Notes: a model not told the origin generated them from the letters alone. DNA of 64,000 bases from an uncultured delta proteobacterium (GCA_963715335.1 CAVQRZ010000029.1:38385-102384), one strand, 5' to 3'. Shown: positions 50,155-60,545, numbered from the stretch's first letter. A program made the numbers and translations.

Positions 50155-51138
50155 ATGAAACAGCTGTTTCTGACATTGCTGCTGCTTTTCACCCTGGTTG
50201 TGACGACCACAGCAGCGACCCAGCCGTCGATCATCTTCACCGAGGAGGTCGTCGCCATCAACCCTGACGGCAGCCTGTTGCCCTCAGTCAGGATCGAGCC
50301 ACAAAGCATGGCTGGTATGCAGAGGCACGACTTCGATCTCGGCCGCCAACGCCTGCTGCGCATCGAAACCAATATCCGCAACCCGGAACAGCGCGGACTC
50401 AACGACCTGGTCGCCACGGTCAGGCGCTGCTACAGCTATATCGAGGCAGCCACCGGCCGGTCGCTTGATCGCGGCGTGCTGCTCTACCTGATCGAGCTCG
50501 ATGAGATCCCCCAGGCCTACAGCTTTCAAGCCAGCTACGCTGAGGTCTCGCGGTGGGGCGAGGTCCGCCTGGCCATGTTCGGCCGCGGTGCAGCGCTGCA
50601 CGGCGAGCAAGCTCCGGCTGCTCTTACGGATCTGCTTTACGACACCCTGCCGCACGAACTCGGCCACGACGTGCTGACACAGATCCCGCAGCTTGCACAC
50701 GATATTGACGGCAAGGAGTCCCAGCACACGCGCTGGTTTATCGAAGGGGTCTGTGAAATTCTGGCGAAAGGGTTCTCGCAGCGTGAAGTGCCCACTCTCC
50801 ACCGGCGCTTCCTCGCCCTGCGCAGCCTCGATACGGTCCTGGCAGACCCCCGGATGCAGCCCAGCATGTTGAACTGGGCACAGGACAATGAGAATGGCCT
50901 GGCCCGCGAATCGGACCTCTACGGCGCTGCCATGCTGTCGATGATGGTCTGGACCGAATCGGTCGCGCTCAGCGAATTGCTCGAAACACTGGCGTCCCGC
51001 AGGTGGCCGGTCCGCGGCACTGACCTGGTCGCCATGCTGCTACGGACCACCGGGCTCACCCCGCAGGAGATGATTGCCCGCGCCCATGCTCACGGCCGGC
51101 AGCTCAACGACAAGGCGGTGCTGGCGCGACTCCACTGA
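50155..51138 (+). CDS. Secreted putative gluzincin-type zinc metallopeptidase
   Basis: Signal peptide; LPHELGH with downstream WFIEGVCE and SDLY. Confidence 0.65.
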   Translation: MKQLFLTLLLLFTLVVTTTAATQPSIIFTEEVVAINPDGSLLPSVRIEPQSMAGMQRHDFDLGRQRLLRIETNIRNPEQRGLNDLVATVRRCYSYIEAATGRSLDRGVLLYLIELDEIPQAYSFQASYAEVSRWGEVRLAMFGRGAALHGEQAPAALTDLLYDTLPHELGHDVLTQIPQLAHDIDGKESQHTRWFIEGVCEILAKGFSQREVPTLHRRFLALRSLDTVLADPRMQPSMLNWAQDNENGLARESDLYGAAMLSMMVWTESVALSELLETLASRRWPVRGTDLVAMLLRTTGLTPQEMIARAHAHGRQLNDKAVLARLH

Positions 51139-51227
51139 AAAGGTTCTGGAAAGAAGGGCTTTAAGTTCCGTCCCTGCGAGCGCAAGTTGTCTCATCAGTG
51201 TGATCCTGCCACCCCATATCGACGGCA

Positions 51228-51610
51228 GTACGGCGAGGCCCCCTGTAACGGGCCGGCTCGTCTCCTGCGTTGTTCCTGAACGCCATAGATCCTGCGCGAA
51301 CGTCTATGCCCTCCGCTAGGAGAAGGCATTTTTGCATACTTTTGTTGCCGGACAAAAGTATGGCGTCCGGCGGGACGCGACCCGCCGGTTCTGGTCCTCG
51401 ATCTTTTGAATCATGTTTAAATACATAAAACCAAGCAAAAGCAAAACCCGGGGGTTGCGCCCCCCGACTGCGCCTGACTCTTTTGCTGGCCCAAAAGAGT
51501 CAGCAGAAAAGGGCCTGCGCTGCGCTGGGCATAGACGTCCGCAGGATTGCCGTGGTTTCTAATGGCTTATGTGTACGGGAGCCGGCCCGTTGCAGGGGGC
51601 CTCGCGGTAC
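51228..51610. repeat. Two inverted ~170-190-bp copies of a palindromic repeat module
   Basis: 51228-51311 matches the reverse complement of 51527-51610 (CGAGGCCCCCTGyAACGGGCCGGCTC; ACGTCTATGCCC); homologous hairpins follow on both arms. Confidence 0.85.
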
Positions 51611-51732
51611 GGCTTTCTTGACCCGGTGGCCAATCGTTGCATGGTGCTCGATAAATCAACGTAAAACCCTTTTCGTTGCAAACAAACTAAATAAGGTGTC
51701 AGGCGAGCGACCCGCCGGTTTTATGCTTAAGT

Positions 51733-51778
51733 AAAAAAAGCTTAGGGCAACAGATTAACCATCTGTTGCCCTAAGCTT
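51733..51778 (-). terminator. Intrinsic terminator of the pnt operon
   Basis: AAGCTTAGGGCAACAGAT-TAACC-ATCTGTTGCCCTAAGCTT 18-bp stem with T-tract on the minus strand. Confidence 0.9.
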
Positions 51779-51836
51779 CACACCAATTTATTTGCCAACA
51801 ATCTGCAGACGCTCGATTGAGCACCCTTTTTACGGT

Positions 51837-53201
51837 TCAGGTTGAAAGCTCGCGGATCAGCTTGCCGAGCGTCTCCTTGGCGTCGCCGAAGATCATCCGG
51901 GTGTTACTGCGGTAGAAGAGCGGGTTATCGAGCCCGGCAAAACCGGCGGCCATCGACCGCTTCAGGACGAACACACTGCGGGCGTAGTCGGCATTGATGA
52001 TCGGCATGCCGTAGATCGGGCTGCCCGGCGTCTCGCGGGCGGCAGGGTTGACCACGTCGTTGGCGCCGATCACGATCGCCACGTCGAAGTTCTCCATGCG
52101 CGGGTTGACCTCGTCCATCTCCAGCAGCAGATCATAAGACACATCCGCTTCGGCCAGCAGCACGTTCATGTGCCCAGGCATCCGTCCGGCCACCGGGTGG
52201 ATGCCGTACACCACTTCACAACCGTTCGCCTCGAGCAGGAGCTGCAACTCCTTGACCGCATGCTGGGCCTGGGCGACGGCCATGCCGTAGCCCGGGATCA
52301 CGACGACGCTCTGGGCCGCTTCAAGCACGTAAAAGGCATCCTCGGTGGTCAGCGCCGTGACTTCCCCCTCGATCTCACCGGCCGCACCGCCGCCGACACC
52401 GAAGCCGGAGAAGAGCACGTTGCCAAGGGTCCGGTTCATCGCCTTGCACATGATATTGGTCAGGATGATGCCGCTCGCGCCGACCAGCGAACCGGCGACA
52501 ATCAGGATGTTGTTGTTGATGGCGAAACCGGCGGCGCAGGCCGCGAGCCCCGAGTAGCTGTTGAGCAGCGAGATAACCACCGGCATGTCGGCGCCGCCGA
52601 TCGGGATCACCGTCATCACACCAAGGGCCGCCGCAAGGACCACCGCCAAAAAGAGCCAGAGAGGCTGTCCGGGATAGAGGACAAAGAGTGCACCGCAAGC
52701 TAAATTCGCCAGCAGCAGCCCGGCGTTGACCAGGCGCTGGCCGCGAAACAGGATCGGCCGGCCGGGGAGCTTCTCGCTCAGTTTGCCCCAGGCGACCAGG
52801 CTGCCGGTAAAGGTCACCCCGCCGATCAGGATCGACAGGAAGATCGTCAGCAAGACAAAACCGTCCAGTCGCGGCTGCGCCAGCGCCACCCAGCCGACCA
52901 GCAGGCTGGCAAGCCCGCCGAAGCCGTTGAACAGGGCGACCATTTCGGGCATGGCGGTCATCGCCACCAGTCGTGCCGCGAGGGTTCCGATCACGCCGCC
53001 GGCGACGATCCCCAGCAGAATCCAGCGGTAGTCGATGATCGCCTGGTCGAGCAGGGTCACGATCACCGCCAGCAGCATGCCCAGAGCCGAGAGGGTGTTG
53101 CCGCGGCGGGCCGTGGCCGGGCTGCCGAGGAATTTCAGGCCGAGGATAAAGAGGACCGCGGCCGCGGTGTAGGACAGGTTGATCAGCAGGGTTATCGCCA
53201 T
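51837..53201 (-). CDS. pntB: Membrane NAD(P) transhydrogenase subunit beta
   Basis: MPEMVALFNGFGG, GGADMPVV, PGYGMAVAQAQ, HPVAGRMPGHMNV, GANDVVNPAA. Confidence 0.97.
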   Translation of the reverse strand: MAITLLINLSYTAAAVLFILGLKFLGSPATARRGNTLSALGMLLAVIVTLLDQAIIDYRWILLGIVAGGVIGTLAARLVAMTAMPEMVALFNGFGGLASLLVGWVALAQPRLDGFVLLTIFLSILIGGVTFTGSLVAWGKLSEKLPGRPILFRGQRLVNAGLLLANLACGALFVLYPGQPLWLFLAVVLAAALGVMTVIPIGGADMPVVISLLNSYSGLAACAAGFAINNNILIVAGSLVGASGIILTNIMCKAMNRTLGNVLFSGFGVGGGAAGEIEGEVTALTTEDAFYVLEAAQSVVVIPGYGMAVAQAQHAVKELQLLLEANGCEVVYGIHPVAGRMPGHMNVLLAEADVSYDLLLEMDEVNPRMENFDVAIVIGANDVVNPAARETPGSPIYGMPIINADYARSVFVLKRSMAAGFAGLDNPLFYRSNTRMIFGDAKETLGKLIRELST

Positions 53202-53488
53202 TACTTGACCTTGTCCCGCTTCTTGAACATCGCCAGCATCCGGTCGGTGACCAGGTAGCCGCCGACCACGTTGATCGTCGCCAGTGCCACCGCCATGGTG
53301 CCGAGCGCGATCGTCAGCGTTGAGCCCCCGCCGCCGGCGCCGGCCAGCGCGCCAACCAGGGTGATGCCGGAGATGGCATTGGCCCCGGACATCAGCGGGG
53401 TGTGCAGGGTGGCCGGAACCTTCCCGATCAGCTCGAAGCCGAGGAAGACCGACAGGATTAAGATAAACGAGAGATAGACCAGGTCCAT
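53201..53488 (-). CDS. pntA: NAD(P) transhydrogenase alpha subunit part 2 (membrane)
   Basis: LHTPLMSGANAISGI, INVVGGYLVTDRML. Confidence 0.95.
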   Translation of the reverse strand: MDLVYLSFILILSVFLGFELIGKVPATLHTPLMSGANAISGITLVGALAGAGGGGSTLTIALGTMAVALATINVVGGYLVTDRMLAMFKKRDKVK

Positions 53489-53498
53489 GTCTGCTCCT

Positions 53499-54635
53499 TC
53501 AGGCGGATTGTTCCTTGATGGCGGCATTGACGATCGCCCCGGCGTGGGTGATCAGGCAGCCGACCAGGATTTCGTCCTGCAGATCGAGAGTGAACTGCCG
53601 CTGCTCGGCATCCCAGTATTCGTCGACCAGGTTGAAGAGGTTGTTGGAGTACATGTTGCTGGCATCCCGACAGACCTGGCCGGACCAGTTGCCGCTGCCG
53701 ATGATCGTCACCGCGCCGCGTTCGACCACCTCGCCGGCAACCGAGCCTTCGACGTTGCCGCCGCTCTCCGCGGCCATGTCGACGACCACGCTCCCTGGCT
53801 GCATCCCTTTGAGCGTCTCGGCGGTCACCAGCAGCGGCGGCTTGCGGCCGAACACCTGGGCCGTGGTAATGACGATATCGGATTTTGCGATCTCTGCGGC
53901 CTGCCCCTGCTGCTGCCTGGCCAACTGCGCCGCAGTCAGCTGACGGGCATAACCGTCTTCGGTCTGGCCGGTCTCCCCCAGGTCGATCTGCAGGAAGCTC
54001 GCCCCCAGCGATTGCACCTGCTCGGCGACCACCGCGCGGGTGTCAAACGCGGTGACCCTGGCACCGAGGCGCTTGGCCGTGGCGATCGCCTGCAGCCCGG
54101 CGACCCCGGCGCCGATCACGAACACCCTGGCCGGCTTGATCGTCCCCGACGGGGTCATCATCATCGGCAGGATGCGGTTCAGGCGGTTGGCGGCCTGGAT
54201 TACCATGACGTAACCGGCGAGGCTCGCCTGGGAACTTAAGGCATCCATCTTCTGTGCACGGGTGGTGCGCGGGACCATCTCCATGCTGACCGCGCTGATC
54301 TGCCGGTCGCGCAGCGCTTCGACCAGGCCCCGCTCGTTGAACGGGTCAAGGTAGCTGACATGCACCGCGCCCTGCTTCAGCTGCGCAACCTCCGCAAGCG
54401 TCGGCCGATTCAGGCGCAGGACCAGATCGGCCGATTCGAAGATTGCGCCGCGCTCCCCGCTCACCCCGGCACCGGCTTCACGGTACTGCTGATCGGGGTA
54501 GCCGCACCCCTCGCCGAGACCGGCCTCCACCTGTACTTCGGCCCCGGCGCGCGTCAGCTTGCCGACATTGACCGGGGTCATTGCGGTGCGTTGGTCTTTC
54601 GGGCTAATCTCGTTGGGAATCGCGATCCGTGTCAT
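53499..54635 (-). CDS. pntA: NAD(P) transhydrogenase alpha subunit part 1 (NAD-binding domain)
   Basis: RAQKMDALSSQ, GAGVAGLQA, DIVITTA, DMAAESGGN. Confidence 0.95.
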   Translation of the reverse strand: MTRIAIPNEISPKDQRTAMTPVNVGKLTRAGAEVQVEAGLGEGCGYPDQQYREAGAGVSGERGAIFESADLVLRLNRPTLAEVAQLKQGAVHVSYLDPFNERGLVEALRDRQISAVSMEMVPRTTRAQKMDALSSQASLAGYVMVIQAANRLNRILPMMMTPSGTIKPARVFVIGAGVAGLQAIATAKRLGARVTAFDTRAVVAEQVQSLGASFLQIDLGETGQTEDGYARQLTAAQLARQQQGQAAEIAKSDIVITTAQVFGRKPPLLVTAETLKGMQPGSVVVDMAAESGGNVEGSVAGEVVERGAVTIIGSGNWSGQVCRDASNMYSNNLFNLVDEYWDAEQRQFTLDLQDEILVGCLITHAGAIVNAAIKEQSA

Positions 54636-54847
54636 TTTTGCAGGTCTCCGGTTGGCATCTCCCTGGCATGGGCGGTGTGGCCATGAAAGCAGGCGCCCTA
54701 TGGCTCAACTTCAGCAAGCCCACTTGGTAAACATCTAATATAAGCTCTACAATAATCGACAGAATTGGTCAAGCTTTTGAGCGAAAGGGGTGATCAAGAC
54801 AAGCTACATCCAGGCAGTACGCGGGTTGTTTAAAGAGGCCTGACGAT

Positions 54848-56017
54848 TCAGGACCCGCCCTCGATCAGGCGCTGCACCGCGACCGGGATGTCGTCTTCGT
54901 GGATGTTGCCGAAGGCCAGGCGCAGCGAGTCCCCGAGTCCCGGTCCGAAGGCTTCTCCCGGCAGGCAGAGCAGGTGGGCCTGTTCAACCAGGCGGCGGGC
55001 GGCGTCGCGGCTGGAAAGCTGCGGCCAGGGGTGTTTGACCCAGGCGAAGAAGCCGCCGCTGGCGAGCAGTTCAAAACGGTTGCCGGGCTGGTTGAACCGG
55101 GCCCGGAAACGATCGTGGCGCCGCTGCATCATCAAGGCGTTGGCCGCGACCCAGTCATCGAGCCGGTCGCAGCCGAAACGGATCGCCTGCTGGGTGATGC
55201 GCGGCTGGCAGACCGCCATGGTGTCCTGGATTTTCAGCGCCTGGTGGATCACCTCCGGGCCGGCGACCAGCGCGCCGGCCCGGTAGCCGGTCAGGGCGAA
55301 GGTTTTACCGAAAGAGGCAATCTGGATGAAGTGCTCTTGCCATCCGGATTCGGCAAACAGCTGATGCGGCGGCTCGCCCGCCGGCAGGAAGGCGTTGTAG
55401 GTTTCGTCAACAACCAGGGCGAGGTCATGCTCTGCGGCCAACGCGTAGAGCTGTTTCAAGCTCTCCGGGGAGGTGACCGCGCCGGTCGGGTTGCTTGGCG
55501 TTACCAGCAGGACAGCGCGGGTGCGCGGGGTGATACGCGCCGCGATCGCTGCCAGATCAGGCTGCCCGCCGGAGGCCGCATCGAACGGCACCCAGGCGCA
55601 GCGGATGCCGAGCGCCTGCAGGGCCATCGGCTGATCGAAGTAGGCGGGGAGCGGCACGATCACCTCGTCACCGGCCTGGCACAAGGTCGTGATCGCCAGC
55701 CAGAACGCCTGGCTGGCGCCGATCGTCAGGCAGATTTCGTCCGGCGCCGGCGCCGCTCCGTAGCGGCGGCCGTACCAGGCGCTGACCGACTCACGCACCT
55801 CTGCCAACCCTTCGTCCGGGGTGTAGCGTGAGGTCAGGGGGTCCTCCAGCAGGCCGCGCAGATGGTCCACCAGTTCCGCTGCCGGCGCATAGTCGGGCAC
55901 TGCCTGGCAGAGATCGACCAGCGGTCGATCGGCGCTAAGCTCGACCCCGGCCAGCCACGATTTGACCTCGGTGATCGGCGGGAACTGGACGGCCTGTACC
56001 TGCGGGGAGAATTTCAT
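54848..56017 (-). CDS. PLP-dependent aminotransferase class I/II
   Basis: TPSNPTG, VDETY, SFGKTFALTGYRAG. Confidence 0.9.
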   Translation of the reverse strand: MKFSPQVQAVQFPPITEVKSWLAGVELSADRPLVDLCQAVPDYAPAAELVDHLRGLLEDPLTSRYTPDEGLAEVRESVSAWYGRRYGAAPAPDEICLTIGASQAFWLAITTLCQAGDEVIVPLPAYFDQPMALQALGIRCAWVPFDAASGGQPDLAAIAARITPRTRAVLLVTPSNPTGAVTSPESLKQLYALAAEHDLALVVDETYNAFLPAGEPPHQLFAESGWQEHFIQIASFGKTFALTGYRAGALVAGPEVIHQALKIQDTMAVCQPRITQQAIRFGCDRLDDWVAANALMMQRRHDRFRARFNQPGNRFELLASGGFFAWVKHPWPQLSSRDAARRLVEQAHLLCLPGEAFGPGLGDSLRLAFGNIHEDDIPVAVQRLIEGGS

Positions 56018-56108
56018 CATCGCACCATGTAAAAAATTACTTTAACGCAACGCCGCCAGGGCCGCAAACAGAAGGCTTTCCTCTCACCCCGAACCAGCAG
56101 CTTGGGCT

Positions 56109-56900
56109 TCAAACCACGATCCTTTTGACCATCAGGGCAATCGCCAGCGGCAGCAGCAGGAGCATGCCGACCAGCAGGTAGAGCAGGCTCAGCCAGAGGT
56201 CGCCGCTCCAGAGCTGCAGGCTGCAGCCGCGCACCAGCTTGACCAGGTGGGTGAGCGGCAGCAGCTGCGCCACGCTCTGTGCCCAGCCGGGCAGGTTCTG
56301 CAGCGGGAAGAAGGTGCCGCTGAACAGGAACATCGGTGTGATGCCCAAAAAAATCGGCAGGTTGAAAGTCTCGATCCCCGGCACCAGGGCGGTGCAGATC
56401 ATCCCCAGCGCGGCGAACAGCAGGCCGCCGAGCGCGGCCAACGGTATCAGCAGCAGGGCGCCGGGGAAGTCGAAGAAGCCGCACAGCGCAATCACCGTGC
56501 CCATCAGGGTGGCGGCGATCACCGATTTGGTCGCGGCCCAGAGCATTTCGCCGAGAATCACCTCCTCGATATTCAGAGGCGTCGCCAGCAGGGCATCGAA
56601 GGTCTTCTGGTAGTACATGCGGACGAAGCTGTTGTAGGTGGTCTCGAAAAACGCGTTATACATGATCGCCACCGAAACCAGCGCCGGGGCGATGAACCGG
56701 GTATAGGTCAGCTTCTGCCCGCCGTAATCGAGGTCGCCGACCATCACCGCCAGGCCGACGCCGAAAGCGAGGATGTAGAGCAGCGGTTCGAGCAGCGGCG
56801 GCACGAAGGAGATCTTCCAGTTTTGCCGGTAGATGCCGAAATTGCGCTGCCAGACTCTTAAGGCCCGGCCGCTGATCCGGGATGGCGCGGGCCACTTCAT
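56109..56900 (-). CDS. ABC-2 type permease (NodJ-like)
   Basis: VWQRN, EPLLY, FVRMYYQKT, FLFSGTFFP. Confidence 0.88.
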   Translation of the reverse strand: MKWPAPSRISGRALRVWQRNFGIYRQNWKISFVPPLLEPLLYILAFGVGLAVMVGDLDYGGQKLTYTRFIAPALVSVAIMYNAFFETTYNSFVRMYYQKTFDALLATPLNIEEVILGEMLWAATKSVIAATLMGTVIALCGFFDFPGALLLIPLAALGGLLFAALGMICTALVPGIETFNLPIFLGITPMFLFSGTFFPLQNLPGWAQSVAQLLPLTHLVKLVRGCSLQLWSGDLWLSLLYLLVGMLLLLPLAIALMVKRIVV

Positions 56901-57805
56901 TCGCGCAACTCCCGTCCGGTCAGCTTGAGAAAGAGGTCTTCCAGCCCGGCCGGGCGCAGCGTGCACCCTTCGGTGCGGACTTCGCGGGTCAGCTTGAGAA
57001 AAAGTTCGTCGCCGTCGTCGAGGTAGACCAGCAGCCGGCGGCCAAGGTCTTCGATGCGGCAGACTTCCCGGGCCAGGAATTCCCGCACCTGCGGGTCCGG
57101 GTCGGCGATCTCCAGGACCGTATGGCCGACCCGTTCCCGGACCAGCGCCTTCGGTTTGCCCTGTACCAGGATCCGTCCGTGATCGACGATCACCAGCCGG
57201 TCGCAGAGGCGTTCCGCCTCCTCCATATAGTGGGTGGTCAGCAGGATCGTCAGCCCCTGACGCTTCAGTTCGGCGAGCTTGTCCCAGAGCAGCTGCCGGC
57301 TCTGCGGGTCAAGGCCCGTGGTCGGTTCGTCGAGGATCAAAAATTCGGGTTGGTTGACCAGGGCGCGGGCCAGCATCAGGCGACGCTTCAGCCCCCCGGA
57401 CAGGACCATGATCCTGTCGTTGGCGCGGTTCTGCAGGGCGAAGAAGCCAAGCAGTTCGTCGGCCCGGCGTTCGGCCTCGGCGCGCGGGATGGCGAAGTAG
57501 CGAGCGTAGCCGACCAGGTTATTGCGTACCGAGAGGTCCGGGTCGAGGGAGTCCTCCTGCTGGCAGACGCCGATGCGCCGCTTGATCTCCCTCAGGTGAT
57601 CGTCGATGTTCAGACCGAACAGCTCCAGCCTGCCTGTATCGCGCGGGGTGTAGCCGTAGAGCATGCGGATCGTGGTGGTCTTGCCGGCGCCGTTCGGGCC
57701 GAGCAGGCCGAAGCACTCCCCCGTCTGTACGGCAAACGTGATGCCGTCGACGGCGGTCAGGGAGCCGTAGGCCTTGCGCAGGGAGTCGACTTCGAGGATC
57801 GGCAT
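56897..57805 (-). CDS. ABC transporter ATP-binding protein (NodI-like)
   Basis: GPNGAGKTT, LSGG, ILDEPTTGLDP, TTHYMEEA. Confidence 0.92.
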   Translation of the reverse strand: MPILEVDSLRKAYGSLTAVDGITFAVQTGECFGLLGPNGAGKTTTIRMLYGYTPRDTGRLELFGLNIDDHLREIKRRIGVCQQEDSLDPDLSVRNNLVGYARYFAIPRAEAERRADELLGFFALQNRANDRIMVLSGGLKRRLMLARALVNQPEFLILDEPTTGLDPQSRQLLWDKLAELKRQGLTILLTTHYMEEAERLCDRLVIVDHGRILVQGKPKALVRERVGHTVLEIADPDPQVREFLAREVCRIEDLGRRLLVYLDDGDELFLKLTREVRTEGCTLRPAGLEDLFLKLTGRELRE

Positions 57806-57960
57806 GGAGCTCTTTCACAGGGAGTTGTTGCGGTGCCAGCTTGAATTCTACGCTTGCCGGGGGGGCGGTGACAAGAGGCGCATGACCAGGAGCCCGGGCC
57901 CGGCTGGCATCCGGTACGGAGGGCCCCTGGTGCGGAGCCTTCCGGCTGCCGGCTTTCGCC

Positions 57961-58473
57961 CTAGAGATCGGGATCCCGGCCGTACTGGCGGAATTCGCCA
58001 AGGTTGCTGAACTCCCCCCACTCCAGGTGCTGGTTTGGGGCGTTGACGAAATGGTAGAGGTTCTCAAGGATGTTGAAGTGCTGGTGCTCCTCGCCGGCGA
58101 TCTTCAGCAACAACGCCTTGACTGCGGGGGCACCTTCCTTGGCGGCCGCCTCCTCGTAGAAGCGGAAGCTGTCGGCTTCGAGCTTCATCGCATGCTTGTA
58201 AGCCGGCAGGACCCCGGCAATGTCGCTGAGCTCCTCACTCCTGGGAAGCAGCGAGAAGACGTTTTTCGCTGTCACGAGCGTTTTTGTCTCCGCGATGGTC
58301 GACTCATGGTTGCCGGCCTTGAGCTCGCGAAACAGTTTGAAATGTTTGCGTTCATCCTCGGCAAGGCCGGAAAAAATTGTCTTCAGTCCCGGCAGGGTCG
58401 CCGTCCTTGCCAGGTTTGTGTAATAGACATAGCCGCTGTCTTCCATTTCCATTGCAAAATCGAATACATTCAT
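57961..58473 (-). CDS. Rubrerythrin/ferritin-like di-iron protein
   Basis: Duplicated AM.ME...Y / EERKH and AM.LE...FY / EEHQH motifs. Confidence 0.88.
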   Translation of the reverse strand: MNVFDFAMEMEDSGYVYYTNLARTATLPGLKTIFSGLAEDERKHFKLFRELKAGNHESTIAETKTLVTAKNVFSLLPRSEELSDIAGVLPAYKHAMKLEADSFRFYEEAAAKEGAPAVKALLLKIAGEEHQHFNILENLYHFVNAPNQHLEWGEFSNLGEFRQYGRDPDL

Positions 58474-58579
58474 AAAGCTCTCCCTGGAACGGGTCCGTAG
58501 TTTGATTATTTCAACTTTAGTTGACGAGGAGCGGCTGTCAAGATATCGACCGGAGTTGGGCGAAAAAGGGTCTTTTGAC

Positions 58580-59434
58580 TTACGACTCCGCAGGCTCCCC
58601 GGCGATCGCCCGGCAGGCCAGTTCTACGGCCTGCTGCATCGGCAGGCGGGTATGGGTTTTGGCCAGGAAGCCGCTGGTATGGACAAAGTGCACGTCAGGA
58701 TCATCGGCGATCGCCCGAAAATCGACGATCATGTTGTCGCCCAGACGCAGGAATTCCCAGCCTTCACCGCGGTTCGACGGGGTGATGCTCATCACGACCT
58801 GCGCATCATCAAGGAACCGCAGATACAGCTCCATGGCCAGCTTCGGGTCATCGCCGATGTCGCTGAAGACCGTTTTAAGATGCCTGACCGGGACCACCCT
58901 GGCTTCTGCCTTGAGCTGTTCGAGGCGCTTCGTCTTGCGGTCGATCAGGTCGATCATGTCCTTGCCGAGCGATCTCATCAGGAGATAAAGAGAGTCGTCG
59001 CGGCCCAGCGACGCGACGCGGGCAAACGTTGCAAGGATATAGCCGTCGATCGGCGACGAGGAGGCAAACAGCACACTGGTGTCGACGCCGAGGTGGTTGG
59101 CCGTGCGGTACGGCCCGCGCACATCCATCATGCTCAGCTGCGGATACCAGGCAAAGATCTGCATCGCCGCATCATGGAGGCCAAGGTGCTGCATCACCAG
59201 GTGAAAGGCGCAGGGCAGCGAGCGGTCCTGGTGGTGGTCGAAGTTACGGCGTTCGGGGGCATGTTCGAAGCCGACGTCCACCACGTAGGTGTCCGGGTCG
59301 GCCAGGTCAGCGTCGGTCGGTTCGCGCCGGTAGACTTCTGCCTCTTCGAGGGTGGCGAGCAACACACAGGTTGCCAGGAAGTCGTCCTTATGCGAGCTGC
59401 CGGGATGGGTAACGATCTTGTACATGGCCTTCAT
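58580..59434 (-). CDS. MYG1-like metal-dependent hydrolase
   Basis: IVTHPGSSHKDD, VVDVG, NFDHHQ, FVHTSGF. Confidence 0.82.
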   Translation of the reverse strand: MKAMYKIVTHPGSSHKDDFLATCVLLATLEEAEVYRREPTDADLADPDTYVVDVGFEHAPERRNFDHHQDRSLPCAFHLVMQHLGLHDAAMQIFAWYPQLSMMDVRGPYRTANHLGVDTSVLFASSSPIDGYILATFARVASLGRDDSLYLLMRSLGKDMIDLIDRKTKRLEQLKAEARVVPVRHLKTVFSDIGDDPKLAMELYLRFLDDAQVVMSITPSNRGEGWEFLRLGDNMIVDFRAIADDPDVHFVHTSGFLAKTHTRLPMQQAVELACRAIAGEPAES

Positions 59435-59512
59435 TTCTGATCAAGGGCAGCGGATTCTGCCCTAAAATCTTATCAGGTTTCAGTTTTTTCGACAGCCGGG
59501 CCCCGACCGGTC

Positions 59513-60406
59513 TCAACTTTTTCGCCAGAAGAGCGGTCTCGGCGCGTTGGCCAGGTAGGCGCCGCAGACCACCAGGAACCCGCCGCCAAGCAGGGAGATG
59601 TCGAGCGGCTCACCGAGCAGCAGGGTCGCCAGGAGGACGCCGTTGACCGGTACGAAATTGATGAACACCGCCGCCCGCGACGGACCGATCTTCTGAATCC
59701 CTTCGAAATACCAGAGGAACCCGACCACGGTGCCGAACAGACCAAGGTAGCCGATGCTGAGCCAGACCGGCCAGGAGAAGCGCAGCGCTTCCGGCAGGCT
59801 GCCATAGTGCAGCGCCGGGACCGACAGCAGCAGCGTCCCGGCGATCGCAGACCAGCAGACCGCCGCCAGCGGCGAGAGCCCGCGCATCGCCGTCTTGCCG
59901 ATAATCGAGTAGAGGGTCCAGGACAGGACACAGCCGAAGATCAGCAGTTCGCCCCGGCCGATGCCGCCGCTGAAAATCTGCAGAGGATGGCCTTTGGTGA
60001 TGACCACCAGCGCGCCGACCAGCGAAAGGGGGATGCCGACCAGCCGGCTCAGCGGCAGCGCTTCGCGGTAGATCAGCGCCGAACAGAGGGTGATGGCGAC
60101 CGGGTTCAGGGCGATGATCAGCGCGGCGCGCGCCGCACCGATCAGGGTCAGGCCGTTGAAGAAAAACAGGTTGTAGGCAAATACCCCGGTCAGGCCGAGC
60201 GCGCCGACCGCCAGCCCTTGCCGCGAGTTGAGCTTCGGCAGCCGCCCCTCGGTCTTCCAGACCGCCAGCAGCAGGCATGCCGAGGCGATCGCAAAACGGA
60301 AAAACGCCGCCGAAACCGGGTGCGCGTTGCCGGCCAGGAAACGCCCGGCGACAAAGGTCCCGCCCCAGAAAAAGGCCACGGCAAAGAGTTTCAGGTAGGT
60401 TTTCAA
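59513..60406 (-). CDS. DMT/EamA family transporter
   Basis: FWGGTF, two EamA repeats, about 10 TM helices. Confidence 0.9.
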   Translation of the reverse strand: MKTYLKLFAVAFFWGGTFVAGRFLAGNAHPVSAAFFRFAIASACLLLAVWKTEGRLPKLNSRQGLAVGALGLTGVFAYNLFFFNGLTLIGAARAALIIALNPVAITLCSALIYREALPLSRLVGIPLSLVGALVVITKGHPLQIFSGGIGRGELLIFGCVLSWTLYSIIGKTAMRGLSPLAAVCWSAIAGTLLLSVPALHYGSLPEALRFSWPVWLSIGYLGLFGTVVGFLWYFEGIQKIGPSRAAVFINFVPVNGVLLATLLLGEPLDISLLGGGFLVVCGAYLANAPRPLFWRKS

Positions 60407-60545
60407 GCAGGCCCCCGGTCAGGAATTCCTCGGCAGTCTGTCGCTGTTTCCGGCAGCTGGCAAAACCGACCCATAGAAGCATAGACCATTACCGGGACTT
60501 CTCAACCCGGTGCGAAGCGGCAACCTCTTGCTGAGCTGTCGTCGA

